64,000 nucleotides of DNA from a virus (taxonomy: Duplodnaviria; Caudoviricetes), in the IMG/VR virus record IMGVR_UViG_2859564202_000001. One strand, 5' to 3'. Under the pieces are notes generated by a model. It searched no databases. It saw only the letters and a program-made list of their open reading frames with translations, and was not told the origin of the DNA. Positions 41,005 to 50,784 of this stretch are shown here, piece after piece. Both the position numbers and the translations under genes were made by a program. Position 1 is the stretch's first letter, and each line of letters starts with the position of its first letter.

Positions 41005-41753
41005 TGACTCGCGATATTTTCCACGAGGCTGCAAAACTCATCGCACACCTGGGGTGGAGGGACGCTTTTCCAGCACTACAGCGCACTGACCCAGCGCCAA
41101 CACATGCTGTGCCGATCAGGGCCTTTGATCTCAAGGCGGGCGCCGTCATCACCGATGAAAATCGAAGCAATGCTTATATCTATGACACCCTTGTCATCAC
41201 GCAGCCATATAAGCACGAGTTACCTCATCAAAACACCCACCCTTTTGAGTGGGCCCTGGAACAAATTGCCACGCTTGATCCGGCGTTCTCGATCAAGCTC
41301 GATCGCTCAGTGACCGTCCCTGAAATTGGACTCTACGCCCGCACACTGCATGACCTTAATACTCGGCATCAAGACTTCTTGGCACAGCGCAACGCCATGT
41401 TGCTTGTTGTTGCCCGTCGTGGTGTTGATCCAAAAAATATCGCAGACGTACTTGGTTTAACCACCAATCAGATACATCGGATTCTCAGTGCTACTCCGGC
41501 TGATTCCCCTACTGATTTAGGCGTTAACCCCGCCACAACAATGGGTGATGTAGTGAGGTTTATCAAGAAACGTCGCACCACTATGCAACTACGCGGCACC
41601 GCTGTCCGTGCACTGCTCTATCACGGCCTTACGCCGGCAGTCATCTCCCGACTAAGCGGCATGTCGCGTGCGGGTGTCATCAACGCAGCCAAGGCATTCC
41701 CCACCACCATCAACCACAAGGTCAAGAAAAGAAAGCAGCACTTCCATGTCTAA
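41004..41753 (+). CDS. Protein with two C-terminal HTH motifs
   Basis: PKNIADVLGLTTNQIHRIL and PAVISRLSGMSRAGVINAA; TAATG overlap. Confidence 0.7.
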   Translation: MTRDIFHEAAKLIAHLGWRDAFPALQRTDPAPTHAVPIRAFDLKAGAVITDENRSNAYIYDTLVITQPYKHELPHQNTHPFEWALEQIATLDPAFSIKLDRSVTVPEIGLYARTLHDLNTRHQDFLAQRNAMLLVVARRGVDPKNIADVLGLTTNQIHRILSATPADSPTDLGVNPATTMGDVVRFIKKRRTTMQLRGTAVRALLYHGLTPAVISRLSGMSRAGVINAAKAFPTTINHKVKKRKQHFHV

Positions 41754-41934
41754 TCTCGGCACATACTATGCAGCACGACGTGCAGTTATTGGGCAATTGC
41801 TCAATGAAGGTCTTGATGCTGAGCAGATCGCAACACGATTGCAACTCAGCCCGGATCTCATTAACGCAGATTTTGAGGCTCTAGAAAAAGAGAAAGGTGA
41901 GGCCCAGAAAAAGTCTCAACAGCCTGGTTTCTGA
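41746..41934 (+). CDS. Small HTH protein
   Basis: GLDAEQIATRLQLSPDLINAD. Confidence 0.65.
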   Translation: MSNLGTYYAARRAVIGQLLNEGLDAEQIATRLQLSPDLINADFEALEKEKGEAQKKSQQPGF

Positions 41935-42038
41935 TCCCTCTAAACAAAACCACCAATTCGCACGCCACAACAGCCCAGCAGCATCATGTTGCTGGGCTGT
42001 TGTGCATTTCTACACACGCTTTGAAAGGAGAACCAACT

Positions 42039-42374
42039 ATGACCACCCAACCACTTGTCATACTCTTCACCCTCCACGCCAATCCCTCCCATGACCACAA
42101 AGAACGCGCCACCACTATTACTGGCTCGCTGAGCTCCATCCGTCGCTGGTTGGTTTCGCAGGCAGATCTCTACGGCTGGAATCTCGGTAATTTCTCTGCT
42201 TGGAGTCTTGATCGACGCGATCATGACCCTGGTGAAATCATCCCTGAGCTCAATCAAAATACCCTGCTCGCCTGTGCATCCCTGGTCTGGGATATTCCAC
42301 CAGCTCATATTGCACTGCAGGCTGTAATACCCAAGCCAGAAAATATCCCTCTGATGAGAGCAGCGACGCTCTAA
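42039..42374 (+). CDS. Hypothetical protein
   Basis: AAAGGAG RBS. Confidence 0.7.
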   Translation: MTTQPLVILFTLHANPSHDHKERATTITGSLSSIRRWLVSQADLYGWNLGNFSAWSLDRRDHDPGEIIPELNQNTLLACASLVWDIPPAHIALQAVIPKPENIPLMRAATL

Positions 42375-42378
42375 GCAC

Positions 42379-42418
42379 AAAAAACAGCCATCAACATAAC
42401 GTTAATGGCTGTTTTTTT
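42379..42418. terminator. Bidirectional terminator
   Basis: AAAAAACAGCCAT..ATGGCTGTTTTTT between convergent genes. Confidence 0.75.
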
Positions 42419-42435
42419 AACCCTCTACCACTACA

Positions 42436-43014
42436 TTACTGTATCGCAGCAGCAAGTTCCTGCTCAGTCGGAATCGCCAATGGCGTGCCTGCATAGATCA
42501 GGTCTGGATCAACAAGCTTGTTGCGATCAATGATCAACCCAACCGGCACACCACTGTCCTGAGAAATAGAGGACAAGGTTTCGCCATTCTCAATGACGTG
42601 CACCGTACCTGGACGGGCAGGTCCTGCGACAGCATCAAGTGCTGATACTGGTGTGTCACCGTTGCCGGTAATGGTCAAGGTGGGGTCGGTCGGAGCCGTT
42701 GGCTCTTGAGCACTGTCGTGCTCACGGGGTTCTTTGTGATCTGAGTCTGCGCCTTCGGCGGTGCCTGTGTTGCTGTCAGCATCACTGGCGTCAGATGAAG
42801 AAGGATCGTGAACCTTCGTGACAATTTCGGTTTCTGTCACGACCTGATTTTTTACCTCGTCCTGTGGCTCGACGACGGCCACTGTATTGACATCACCACC
42901 GCCTTGGGCGAGAAAGGTCACGCCTGATCCACCTGCAATAACGGCAGCAGCAATAAACGCACCTGCTGCCACACCTGGTACTCGATTTTTCGGCATTGCG
43001 CCTTTAATCGCCAT
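42436..43014 (-). CDS. Membrane-anchored/secreted LysM-domain protein
   Basis: C-terminal HVIENGETLSSIS..NKLVDPDLIYAGTPLAIP; N-terminal TM segment. Confidence 0.9.
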   Translation of the reverse strand: MAIKGAMPKNRVPGVAAGAFIAAAVIAGGSGVTFLAQGGGDVNTVAVVEPQDEVKNQVVTETEIVTKVHDPSSSDASDADSNTGTAEGADSDHKEPREHDSAQEPTAPTDPTLTITGNGDTPVSALDAVAGPARPGTVHVIENGETLSSISQDSGVPVGLIIDRNKLVDPDLIYAGTPLAIPTEQELAAAIQ

Positions 43015-43184
43015 GTTCGTTTGTCCTTTACCTTTACCCGTTTAATGTTCCCTGGATACTACAAATTAAACTCTAGTATCTTATTAATTTCTGTTACTAT
43101 TAACATATAGGTTTTTTAAAGTTTCGTCTACATAAACCTGCAACAGAAATCACTACACCCAGTTCTCGAAAGGCTTTTTCTCTC

Positions 43185-44408
43185 ATGACCTACCCAGTTA
43201 CCCCTCAACCTGTGCAGCCAGCACCAGTCGCCGAAAAGATCAAGGCATCAAGCCTCAAAGAAGGCACTCAGGTATTTATCAAAGGTCGGGTTAATTACTC
43301 CCGCATCGCAAGCTTTATTACTGGTACCGAGCGCGAAAACCGTAATCGCGACAGGCTTCACCCAATCGAATTCGACTACACCTCCCTGACTTTGAGCCAC
43401 CCTGAAATCATCTACGGCAACCCGCAACAAAAGACCAATGAAGAACTCTTCCTTGAGCAGCGAATCTTTGTCGGCAAGAAGCGTCCTGAAGAGGGTCCAA
43501 AATTCTCCATTGACAACAAGAGCAACCGTCTACCACAGGTTTGGGTGCCATCCACCAATGCTGATGGTACTTATGAGCAGCTTGAAGGTCTCGAAGGTGA
43601 GCTCGACGCAGGGCTCAACGTCATTATTCTCATCGAGTTCTATAAGCCACGTACACAGGTTAATCGCGGCTCCCGCCTCAACGCCGTGTTCCTGCAGGAG
43701 CCCATTCGTTACTACACCCCTGGTTACAATGCAGATAAGCTCGCTGCCCTCGGAATCGTACTTAACGCACCGCCAAAGGACACTATTCAGCTCGTTCCTA
43801 ATGAGGTCGCTGCAGGACAAGACCAGTCCACCACCGATGCATCCGGTCTCCCGCTTCCAGGCCAGGGATATAGCGCACCTGATCAGCCATATCAGGCGCA
43901 GCCTCAGTATCAGCAGGCAACCCCAGCGGCTGCACCTCAGCAGTACCAGGCCCCACAGCCCCAGTACCAGCAGTCAGCTCCACAGGCACAACCTGCACCG
44001 GCACCAGTTGCGCAGTTCCAGCAGGCAGCGCCTCAGGCACCTGCTCAGCCAGCACAGCAGCAGTATCAGGCACCACTTCCTGCCGGTAATCCTCTTGCAG
44101 CAGGTCAGCCAGTTGCACCACAGGCTCCACTCAACCAGCCAACTCCGGCAGTACAGCAGGCAATGCCTACCCAAGCCCCACAAACACCGGCACAACCAGT
44201 TCAGCCACCAGCACCACAAGCCGGTTCTGCATTTACCGATGCTCCGGGTGCTGTGCCACAGGCACCAGCAGTTCAGGCTGCTCCCGCTGTAGCTCAGGCG
44301 CCTGTCGCGCCAGTAGTTGATATGACCGAGCCAGCATCCCCATGGGATCTTCCAGCTGCACCTAGTCAGCCAGCGCAGCCAGCTCAGGGCATCACCTACC
44401 CGGCATAA
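43185..44408 (+). CDS. Putative ssDNA-binding protein with long P/Q/A-rich tail
   Basis: About 200-aa beta-rich N-domain (KGRVNYSRI..RGSRLNAVFLQEPIRYY) reminiscent of phage OB-fold SSBs, then a disordered tail; next to the primase gene. Confidence 0.5.
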   Translation: MTYPVTPQPVQPAPVAEKIKASSLKEGTQVFIKGRVNYSRIASFITGTERENRNRDRLHPIEFDYTSLTLSHPEIIYGNPQQKTNEELFLEQRIFVGKKRPEEGPKFSIDNKSNRLPQVWVPSTNADGTYEQLEGLEGELDAGLNVIILIEFYKPRTQVNRGSRLNAVFLQEPIRYYTPGYNADKLAALGIVLNAPPKDTIQLVPNEVAAGQDQSTTDASGLPLPGQGYSAPDQPYQAQPQYQQATPAAAPQQYQAPQPQYQQSAPQAQPAPAPVAQFQQAAPQAPAQPAQQQYQAPLPAGNPLAAGQPVAPQAPLNQPTPAVQQAMPTQAPQTPAQPVQPPAPQAGSAFTDAPGAVPQAPAVQAAPAVAQAPVAPVVDMTEPASPWDLPAAPSQPAQPAQGITYPA

Positions 44409-44560
44409 CAACCAGCACAACCCTTAGACCCCAGACTCGCATTTTGCAGGGTTTGGGGTCTTTTTTCACCAGGGTCGAGGCGCGGTCTGTGTGCCCACCT
44501 CGACCCACTTTTCGCCCACCACTTTTCGTCAACCTACCAACAACAAAGCCCAGGTCACTT

Positions 44561-45841
44561 ATGGTCAACCCTTTTCACACGCTTGATAACTCACCGTTTG
44601 ATCCGGTGGCACAGTTTCCTGCGTTTTATCACAACCCGCTTATCAATCACTTGGGCCGCCGTCGCGCCTGGACAATCTCAGACATCAACAAACGCCCCAT
44701 CAATGTCCAACAGATGCTGACCACGGCCACCTACGGTAGCCCCGTTATTCATGGTGCCCGCATTGAAGACGCAGCAACCTCCCTACTTACCCTGGATGAA
44801 CTGCGTACACAGATTCCCACCGCTGCCAACAATGCGTTTTATCTCGATGCTGTCCAAGATGGCTGTCTTATTTTAGATATTGAAAAAACCTGTCCCCCCG
44901 AGGTCGCAGCCACACTACTCACGCTCTCCCCCACCGCCTTTTACACAGAGGTGTCCATGAGTGGTCGTGGCTATCACCTCGTTATGCCGATACCAGAGAA
45001 TTTTGCAGCGTTTCCTGCCGTACACAACAAACCCAGTATCAAACACCCCAAGCGCTGGTTCGAAATTCTTACCTCACAGTGGATCACCTTCACCCGACAA
45101 CCAATCCCAGAGCATGTTCTCCATCACAGTGAATCTGCTAACACAAGTGCTGTGCCATGGTTGAATGATCAACCACTTACATGGGAAAACGTCTTTGCAG
45201 ACTTAGCTAAAACTGTTGCACCCAACTTAAAAACCGGTGCCGGACTTACCATCACACCCAATGCACTGATGCCACCAGATCTCAGCGATGCTGAGCGCAT
45301 TCGCGACGATGAAGTCATCGACTCGACCTGTCGATTATTTGCCGAACATTACTCGAAAACACTTGCGGACTTCTATGATGATGCATCCCGGTTCGAGTTC
45401 AGCCAAATTGGTGTCATTATCAATCTACTGCTCCCCACTATGAGGATGCATCCCACCACGATCAGTCTCGACAAACCCATCAACTCCGATCACATCATCA
45501 GACTTCTGTTCGCTGTCGCTACTCGCGTGATCACTCACCGCAGCAAACATGATGAGGAGCGATCTGGCGTTCCGTATCTGATGTATCAGGTTATTTCCTG
45601 CCTTGACATGCGAGAACACCCCGACAATGGCGACTACCGTGTCGTACCCTCCCGGCATAATAGAGACCAACACAGCAACAACCCCTCAGCTCATGTGGTC
45701 CACCAACAACCACAACCCCAGCCCAGCGCAGCAGATTCGCCACATCACTACCGTGCACTACCCCAAGAAAACACGGTGTCCGAACACAGTTTTAAAATCT
45801 ATAACCCACCAGCCACACCCCCTCTAGGAGGTGAAAATTAG
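44561..45841 (+). CDS. Archaeo-eukaryotic primase (AEP/Prim-Pol) family protein
   Basis: K.P motif (NKRPIN), hhhDhE (LILDIEK), YTEVSMSGRGYHL, downstream FEIL; helical C-domain with DASRFEF. Confidence 0.75.
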   Translation: MVNPFHTLDNSPFDPVAQFPAFYHNPLINHLGRRRAWTISDINKRPINVQQMLTTATYGSPVIHGARIEDAATSLLTLDELRTQIPTAANNAFYLDAVQDGCLILDIEKTCPPEVAATLLTLSPTAFYTEVSMSGRGYHLVMPIPENFAAFPAVHNKPSIKHPKRWFEILTSQWITFTRQPIPEHVLHHSESANTSAVPWLNDQPLTWENVFADLAKTVAPNLKTGAGLTITPNALMPPDLSDAERIRDDEVIDSTCRLFAEHYSKTLADFYDDASRFEFSQIGVIINLLLPTMRMHPTTISLDKPINSDHIIRLLFAVATRVITHRSKHDEERSGVPYLMYQVISCLDMREHPDNGDYRVVPSRHNRDQHSNNPSAHVVHQQPQPQPSAADSPHHYRALPQENTVSEHSFKIYNPPATPPLGGEN

Positions 45842-45850
45842 ATTTATTAT

Positions 45851-45888
45851 TAAAACACTTGTTCTAAACATAAGGAACGCGCTACCAT
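45851..45888 (+). promoter_or_regulatory. Candidate SOS (LexA) box overlapping a sigmaA-type promoter
   Basis: TAAAACACTTGTTCTA vs actinobacterial consensus TCGAACAnnTGTTCGA; TTGTTC-N18-TACCAT. Confidence 0.5.
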
Positions 45889-46246
45889 TCATAGTTAGTG
45901 GGCATTCCGCCCCATAACAAACAGTAGAAAATTAAGTAGCACAGCATTGTAAATGTCGGGGAAACAAAATTATTCAACACTTTTCCAACTAATTGTTGAT
46001 ATGCACACTTTGTCGAACAATTACAGGAGCTACATGCACTTTTACATTTTCTATCAGCTTGTTATTAGTAATTATTTATCTGATTAAAATATCGGAGTTT
46101 ATTTATGTGATTTGACCGGTAATTGCACAATAAAGTAATAGTTAATTACTAGGTATAGCAACGGATTAAATAATCACTATAATTAATTCTTTCCGTACTC
46201 ATTTTAATCACTACCTATTCACCACTTGAACGGAGCGTTTTTCGCC

Positions 46247-46822
46247 ATGTTGAAATTCCGCATCATCTCCACAGTCACTACTGGATCTCAGCCAACTCCA
46301 CGAAAAAGCTGGAGCCACCCCGACACCACTCTCCTGGTCACCATGGTCACTGCACCATCGCTGTGCTCAGCCATCAACGTGTGGAACGCAACTGAGCGTA
46401 TTCCCGCTCAAAAAATCCTTAATGTCGAAGAAGTACACGTTCTTGGTGAGTGCAGCGACGCCATCATCTCTACGTCACTAACCAAAAAGGACAATCCGCA
46501 CGCACTTGTGCCCGATGATTTCGACCAAATCGGCGATGTGTTTGGCTATGCGCAAGACAATGTAGCTGTTTTTGATGTCATTGTCGCAGCACTGGGCGGT
46601 GCTGGTTATGGCCTGCTACCCGGACTGGTCATGCACCACATTGATGAGCACACCGTTGCACTTGTCTTTGATACTGATTCCCCTACTGGGACGCATATCC
46701 TCGGTGAGCGCTGCGTGTACTCCGACATCATTCACATGACTGACGATAAGTCTGCCCGTGGCTGGGGTGCAGTCATTGCCATAGCACGAGCCATCATCCT
46801 CAAAGTCGAACAGATCATGTAG
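46247..46822 (+). CDS. Hypothetical protein
   Basis: GGAG RBS; 191 aa. Confidence 0.7.
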   Translation: MLKFRIISTVTTGSQPTPRKSWSHPDTTLLVTMVTAPSLCSAINVWNATERIPAQKILNVEEVHVLGECSDAIISTSLTKKDNPHALVPDDFDQIGDVFGYAQDNVAVFDVIVAALGGAGYGLLPGLVMHHIDEHTVALVFDTDSPTGTHILGERCVYSDIIHMTDDKSARGWGAVIAIARAIILKVEQIM

Positions 46823-47022
46823 TACCCCACCATGACTCACTTGATTCACCACAATCGACCGCCCGTACCAGCATCACTACCTGTGCACGTGCAGAACCAG
46901 ACCTGCTCTCCGCCCATTATGAGCAGGTCTATGTCATATCTACCCACACTATTTTCTTGACCCAACGAAATGTGAATCACATTCTCTTCTCCACACACCT
47001 CGCATAAGAAAGAACACTTATT

Positions 47023-47205
47023 ATGGCTAAAGAATTCGAATTCACCATCCCTGACCAACATAATCGTTTACCGCTTATTTACCTGGTCGCAGCACGCACA
47101 ATCACCAGCGCTCGCACTCAGCTTCGTGCTGAACTCGATCAGGACGACCCCGATTTGCTCTCAAGTATCGACATTGATGCGCTCCCCTACGTCATCGTCG
47201 AGTAA
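47023..47205 (+). CDS. gip: Small protein, probably the gyrase inhibitor Gip
   Basis: 60 aa (about 6.8 kDa), in the position I recall for cg1978 just before the MoxR ATPase; assigned by size and synteny, not by motif. Confidence 0.6.
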   Translation: MAKEFEFTIPDQHNRLPLIYLVAARTITSARTQLRAELDQDDPDLLSSIDIDALPYVIVE

Positions 47206-47298
47206 AGGCGTTTCTTTTTCTCCCCCTGTGGTCTGACCTGTCAGGCAGTCAGGTTGGTTGATTTTTTCTGGCGGTGGCTGCATGGTGCAGCGTCAGTG

Positions 47299-47327
47299 AA
47301 AAGACAACACAGCGAAGCTGTGTTCGG
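47299..47327 (+). repeat. Dispersed hairpin element, copy 4
   Basis: AAAAGACAACACAGC-GAA-GCTGTGTTCGG. Confidence 0.7.
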
Positions 47328-47496
47328 GGGATTATGTGAGATCGCACCGGCACGTGTTGCGGTGCGGATCGCACGTTGTTCTCTTGTGGCCTGGCTCAGA
47401 TAGCCACTACCTACACGCATCTGTTGTGCTGAAACAACAGCGCGACACTCACTCTTCTCATTACTCAACAACTTACTTTTAAGGACTACATAACTT

Positions 47497-48756
47497 ATGT
47501 CTCTCTACCTTGACGACACTTTGTCTCGCATCGTTGAACTTGATCTCAAAGACACCCGCATTGTGCCGTTTCTTGCTGGTGAACCAGGTATCGGTAAAAC
47601 CTCATTCATCTACGGCATCGGCGAACGTGCAGGCTACAAAGTCTTCAGTATCTCGGTTAACACCCTTGCCGATAAGGGTGACCTCACGGGCGCTCGCACC
47701 CTGCAGGACCCTGCCGATGGCAAGTGGAAGCAGATGTTTTTCCCGCACGCGACCTTCGTCGAAGCAAATGACTATGCACTAGCAAACCCAAACGAAACGG
47801 TCGTCATTCTTCTCGATGAGATTAACCGAACTGATTCGGATGTCACCTCTGCCTCGATGACTATCTCTACTGAGCGTCGCGTTGGTACCACCGATCTAGC
47901 ACCCAATGTCCGCCTTGCTGTCACCGGAAACCTCACCGGTAATGTCACCCACCTTGATTCAGCATCTCTGACCAGGTTCTCCCTCTATGAGGTCAAGCCA
48001 TCCGCAGAGACCTTCATGAACATCATGGGCGGCCGCCTCAACAAGTACATCCGTACCGTGCTGACCAAATACCCGGAATACATCTTCATGAAGCCAACTA
48101 CTGCTACTGCTCTTATTACCACTGGCGATGATGATGACGACCATACAACCAATGCGAAGCAAATGATGGACTTCAACGCTGTGCTCGGTTCAGACCAAGA
48201 CATGGTTCAATTTACCGCACCTAGAACTATCGAAGGTTTGTCCGTCTGGCTCAACAACGCCGATGATGACTTTCTTCGTCTACTTCTACAAGAAAAGGTG
48301 GATGGTCTTGCTCGATCCATGAGCTTGCTGCAGGCTACGCTCGAATCTCACACCGGCGATACCGCTTTTACCGCAGAAGTCCTCAGCGAAATGACCAATG
48401 ATCTGCTGAGCTCCGCATCGCAAGCTCCTAGTGGTCCAATCAAACCATTTGTCTACGACCGACTCGCTGCTGCACCAAGCAATACTGTACTGGAACAAGA
48501 GGTTCACACACTCAGTCTCAATGACCGCGCCGATGTCTTGTTGTTTGCCCTCCATGACACTGTAAACAACGCTGCACCAAGCATCATCGCTCACCTTGCA
48601 TCTGAAGGCGTACTTGATGAACTGCCCAAAGACAGAATCAGCAAAATTGTTTCACTCGGTCCTGTACCAACGGCAAACTATCACGCCTTGACCAGACAGG
48701 ATACAACGTTGACTCGAAATCTCGGTCCCGCTGTCTTGGGCTTCTTGGAAAGTTAA
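47497..48756 (+). CDS. MoxR/dynein-like AAA+ ATPase
   Basis: GEPGIGKT, DLTG, LLDEINR, TGN, LDSASLTRF, APRTIE. Confidence 0.9.
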   Translation: MSLYLDDTLSRIVELDLKDTRIVPFLAGEPGIGKTSFIYGIGERAGYKVFSISVNTLADKGDLTGARTLQDPADGKWKQMFFPHATFVEANDYALANPNETVVILLDEINRTDSDVTSASMTISTERRVGTTDLAPNVRLAVTGNLTGNVTHLDSASLTRFSLYEVKPSAETFMNIMGGRLNKYIRTVLTKYPEYIFMKPTTATALITTGDDDDDHTTNAKQMMDFNAVLGSDQDMVQFTAPRTIEGLSVWLNNADDDFLRLLLQEKVDGLARSMSLLQATLESHTGDTAFTAEVLSEMTNDLLSSASQAPSGPIKPFVYDRLAAAPSNTVLEQEVHTLSLNDRADVLLFALHDTVNNAAPSIIAHLASEGVLDELPKDRISKIVSLGPVPTANYHALTRQDTTLTRNLGPAVLGFLES

Positions 48757-48879
48757 AGCAATTTCCTAAGTACCTTTGGCAGCTGAGGTAGTCATCTGTC
48801 TACCTGCGTGGAGTAGACACTAAATCCTGTCCACGCACCCTTACCCTTCTTGACACTAGTAATTGAAAGCGATCCCCTC

Positions 48880-50706
48880 ATGGTTACCTTCAGCGTCGCA
48901 AATCACGCGCCTCATACTTTTAGCCCATTCGATATTGAACCACCACTCACCGGTAACGCCACCACCGACGAACATGGTTACGAACACACCTCAGTGCTAG
49001 AAAAACTAGCCTCCAACCACCTGTTCAATCCAATCAATCCGCAACACCCAGTCACTATCACAGCCACCGAAAACGGATCAACCGTTGATCTTGATGCAGC
49101 AGCACTAGCACAACATCTTGCTCTAGCGATTACCCCAGACTCAATGCTGGCAAATCATCAAGGCTACAACCGTGACATGATGGGTCTACTTTCGCAGCTT
49201 ACTAACCATGTTGGCTTTGATCGCCGATTCATTGTTGACCAACTCTTTATCTCCCAAGTGCTCAAAGCGAATCGTCTACCAGCACCGGCAAACAACGTTA
49301 TTTACACCGTGCCCAATGACGTTATCCCATCTGCTAAAGACATCTTGTCCACCACTGCAAAAATGAACAATCCACTGACAGTTACTGCAAGTGCCCCAAT
49401 TACTGTTGACGACATTCACACAGCCTATGAGGTATTTTTCGCTTCTCTTGCCTCAGTGTTTTTCCCTTATACCTACGGTGCGGTATTCCTTAACAACGCA
49501 GAATTCGTTGAGTTTGTTGATTACCTTATTAACGAAGCAACAACACTGCACTCGGCATCACTCATCTCCAACAACACCTTTAATAGGTTCCAATCAATGC
49601 GTAACATCTCCATTGATAATCTCACCGCCGAGTTTCTCTTACGCAAAAATGAAGCAGAGACAACTGATGATTATTCATTCCCCCGCGTACTTGTTTCCCT
49701 GCTGCATTCTTGGGTGAAACTCAATCACGATGATGCTCGTGCTAACAATGATGCACCCACCTGTGCACTAGCACCGTTTAGTGTGGCTCAATGGATCATG
49801 CCGGAGACCATTGTGTTTATTAATGCTGAAGCTCATGCTCATGCATCCTCCCAGGACATTGAGAAGAAATGGAAGGAAATTAATGCGGCGTTAACAGGGT
49901 CTATTCGTATTATGTCGCCAAATGCAATTTCCAAGCTGCAATCTGCTCAGCATCTCGGGATGCAAGCACAAATGCAGGCCATGCGTGCTCGAAAAGATCA
50001 CCACAACATGCAGAAGCGTTCCTCACAAGAAAACGACTTTTCCAAGGCACTCCCCTCACCACAGACTATCGTGCTTTCTGTCGCAGAGGTTCTGCGCAAA
50101 CTCACTCACGTACGCCAATCGCACAACCCTCAGAAATACCAGAAGAAGTCTCTGACCAGAGCTTCTCGCCGACACCCGGATAACCCTAATGTCCCTGGCA
50201 CCATTAAGAGCAAGCTCTTCTACCCTGACCTGCATGTTTATGTAGATACTTCTGGTTCGATTAGTGAAGAAAGCTACCGCAACTCTGTGGTTCTGCTCAT
50301 GCAGCTTGCCACCAAACTGGACATCAACCTCTATTTCTCCACCTTCTCTCACGTGCTCTCCGAAGAAGTACTATTGCCGACCAAGGGTAAAACACCACAG
50401 CAATTGGCAGCTCTTATTTCGGCCATCCCAAAGGTCTCTGGCGGTACTGACTATCACCAGATTTGGGATTACATCCAGATCAATCCGCAGCGCCAAGAAC
50501 GCATGAATCTTGTGTTAACTGACTTCGGATTCATGCCGAATCGCGGCTTAAACATCGACCACCCAAGTTCTATTTTCTACGTCCCAATCCTGCCTGACTA
50601 CGGCAGCTGGTCAATGGTTCGAAGAGATATGTCTCATTTCGCAAATGAAATGGTTGACTTCGACCCCTATATCCACAGCCGACTACTCGGCGTACACGGA
50701 AAATAG
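48880..50706 (+). CDS. VWA-domain protein (MoxR partner)
   Basis: MIDAS VYVDTSGSIS, SGGTDY, VLTDFG. Confidence 0.85.
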   Translation: MVTFSVANHAPHTFSPFDIEPPLTGNATTDEHGYEHTSVLEKLASNHLFNPINPQHPVTITATENGSTVDLDAAALAQHLALAITPDSMLANHQGYNRDMMGLLSQLTNHVGFDRRFIVDQLFISQVLKANRLPAPANNVIYTVPNDVIPSAKDILSTTAKMNNPLTVTASAPITVDDIHTAYEVFFASLASVFFPYTYGAVFLNNAEFVEFVDYLINEATTLHSASLISNNTFNRFQSMRNISIDNLTAEFLLRKNEAETTDDYSFPRVLVSLLHSWVKLNHDDARANNDAPTCALAPFSVAQWIMPETIVFINAEAHAHASSQDIEKKWKEINAALTGSIRIMSPNAISKLQSAQHLGMQAQMQAMRARKDHHNMQKRSSQENDFSKALPSPQTIVLSVAEVLRKLTHVRQSHNPQKYQKKSLTRASRRHPDNPNVPGTIKSKLFYPDLHVYVDTSGSISEESYRNSVVLLMQLATKLDINLYFSTFSHVLSEEVLLPTKGKTPQQLAALISAIPKVSGGTDYHQIWDYIQINPQRQERMNLVLTDFGFMPNRGLNIDHPSSIFYVPILPDYGSWSMVRRDMSHFANEMVDFDPYIHSRLLGVHGK

Positions 50707-50784
50707 CAGCTGATCCATCTAGGGTCAGTGAACTCTCGCGGATTGCCACACACCACCAACCACTACAAGAAAGAACCCCCTACC

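Noticed and set aside
43438-44420. 284-aa alternative-frame and antisense ORFs
   Set aside because: By-products of the P/Q/A low-complexity coding sequence of 43185-44408
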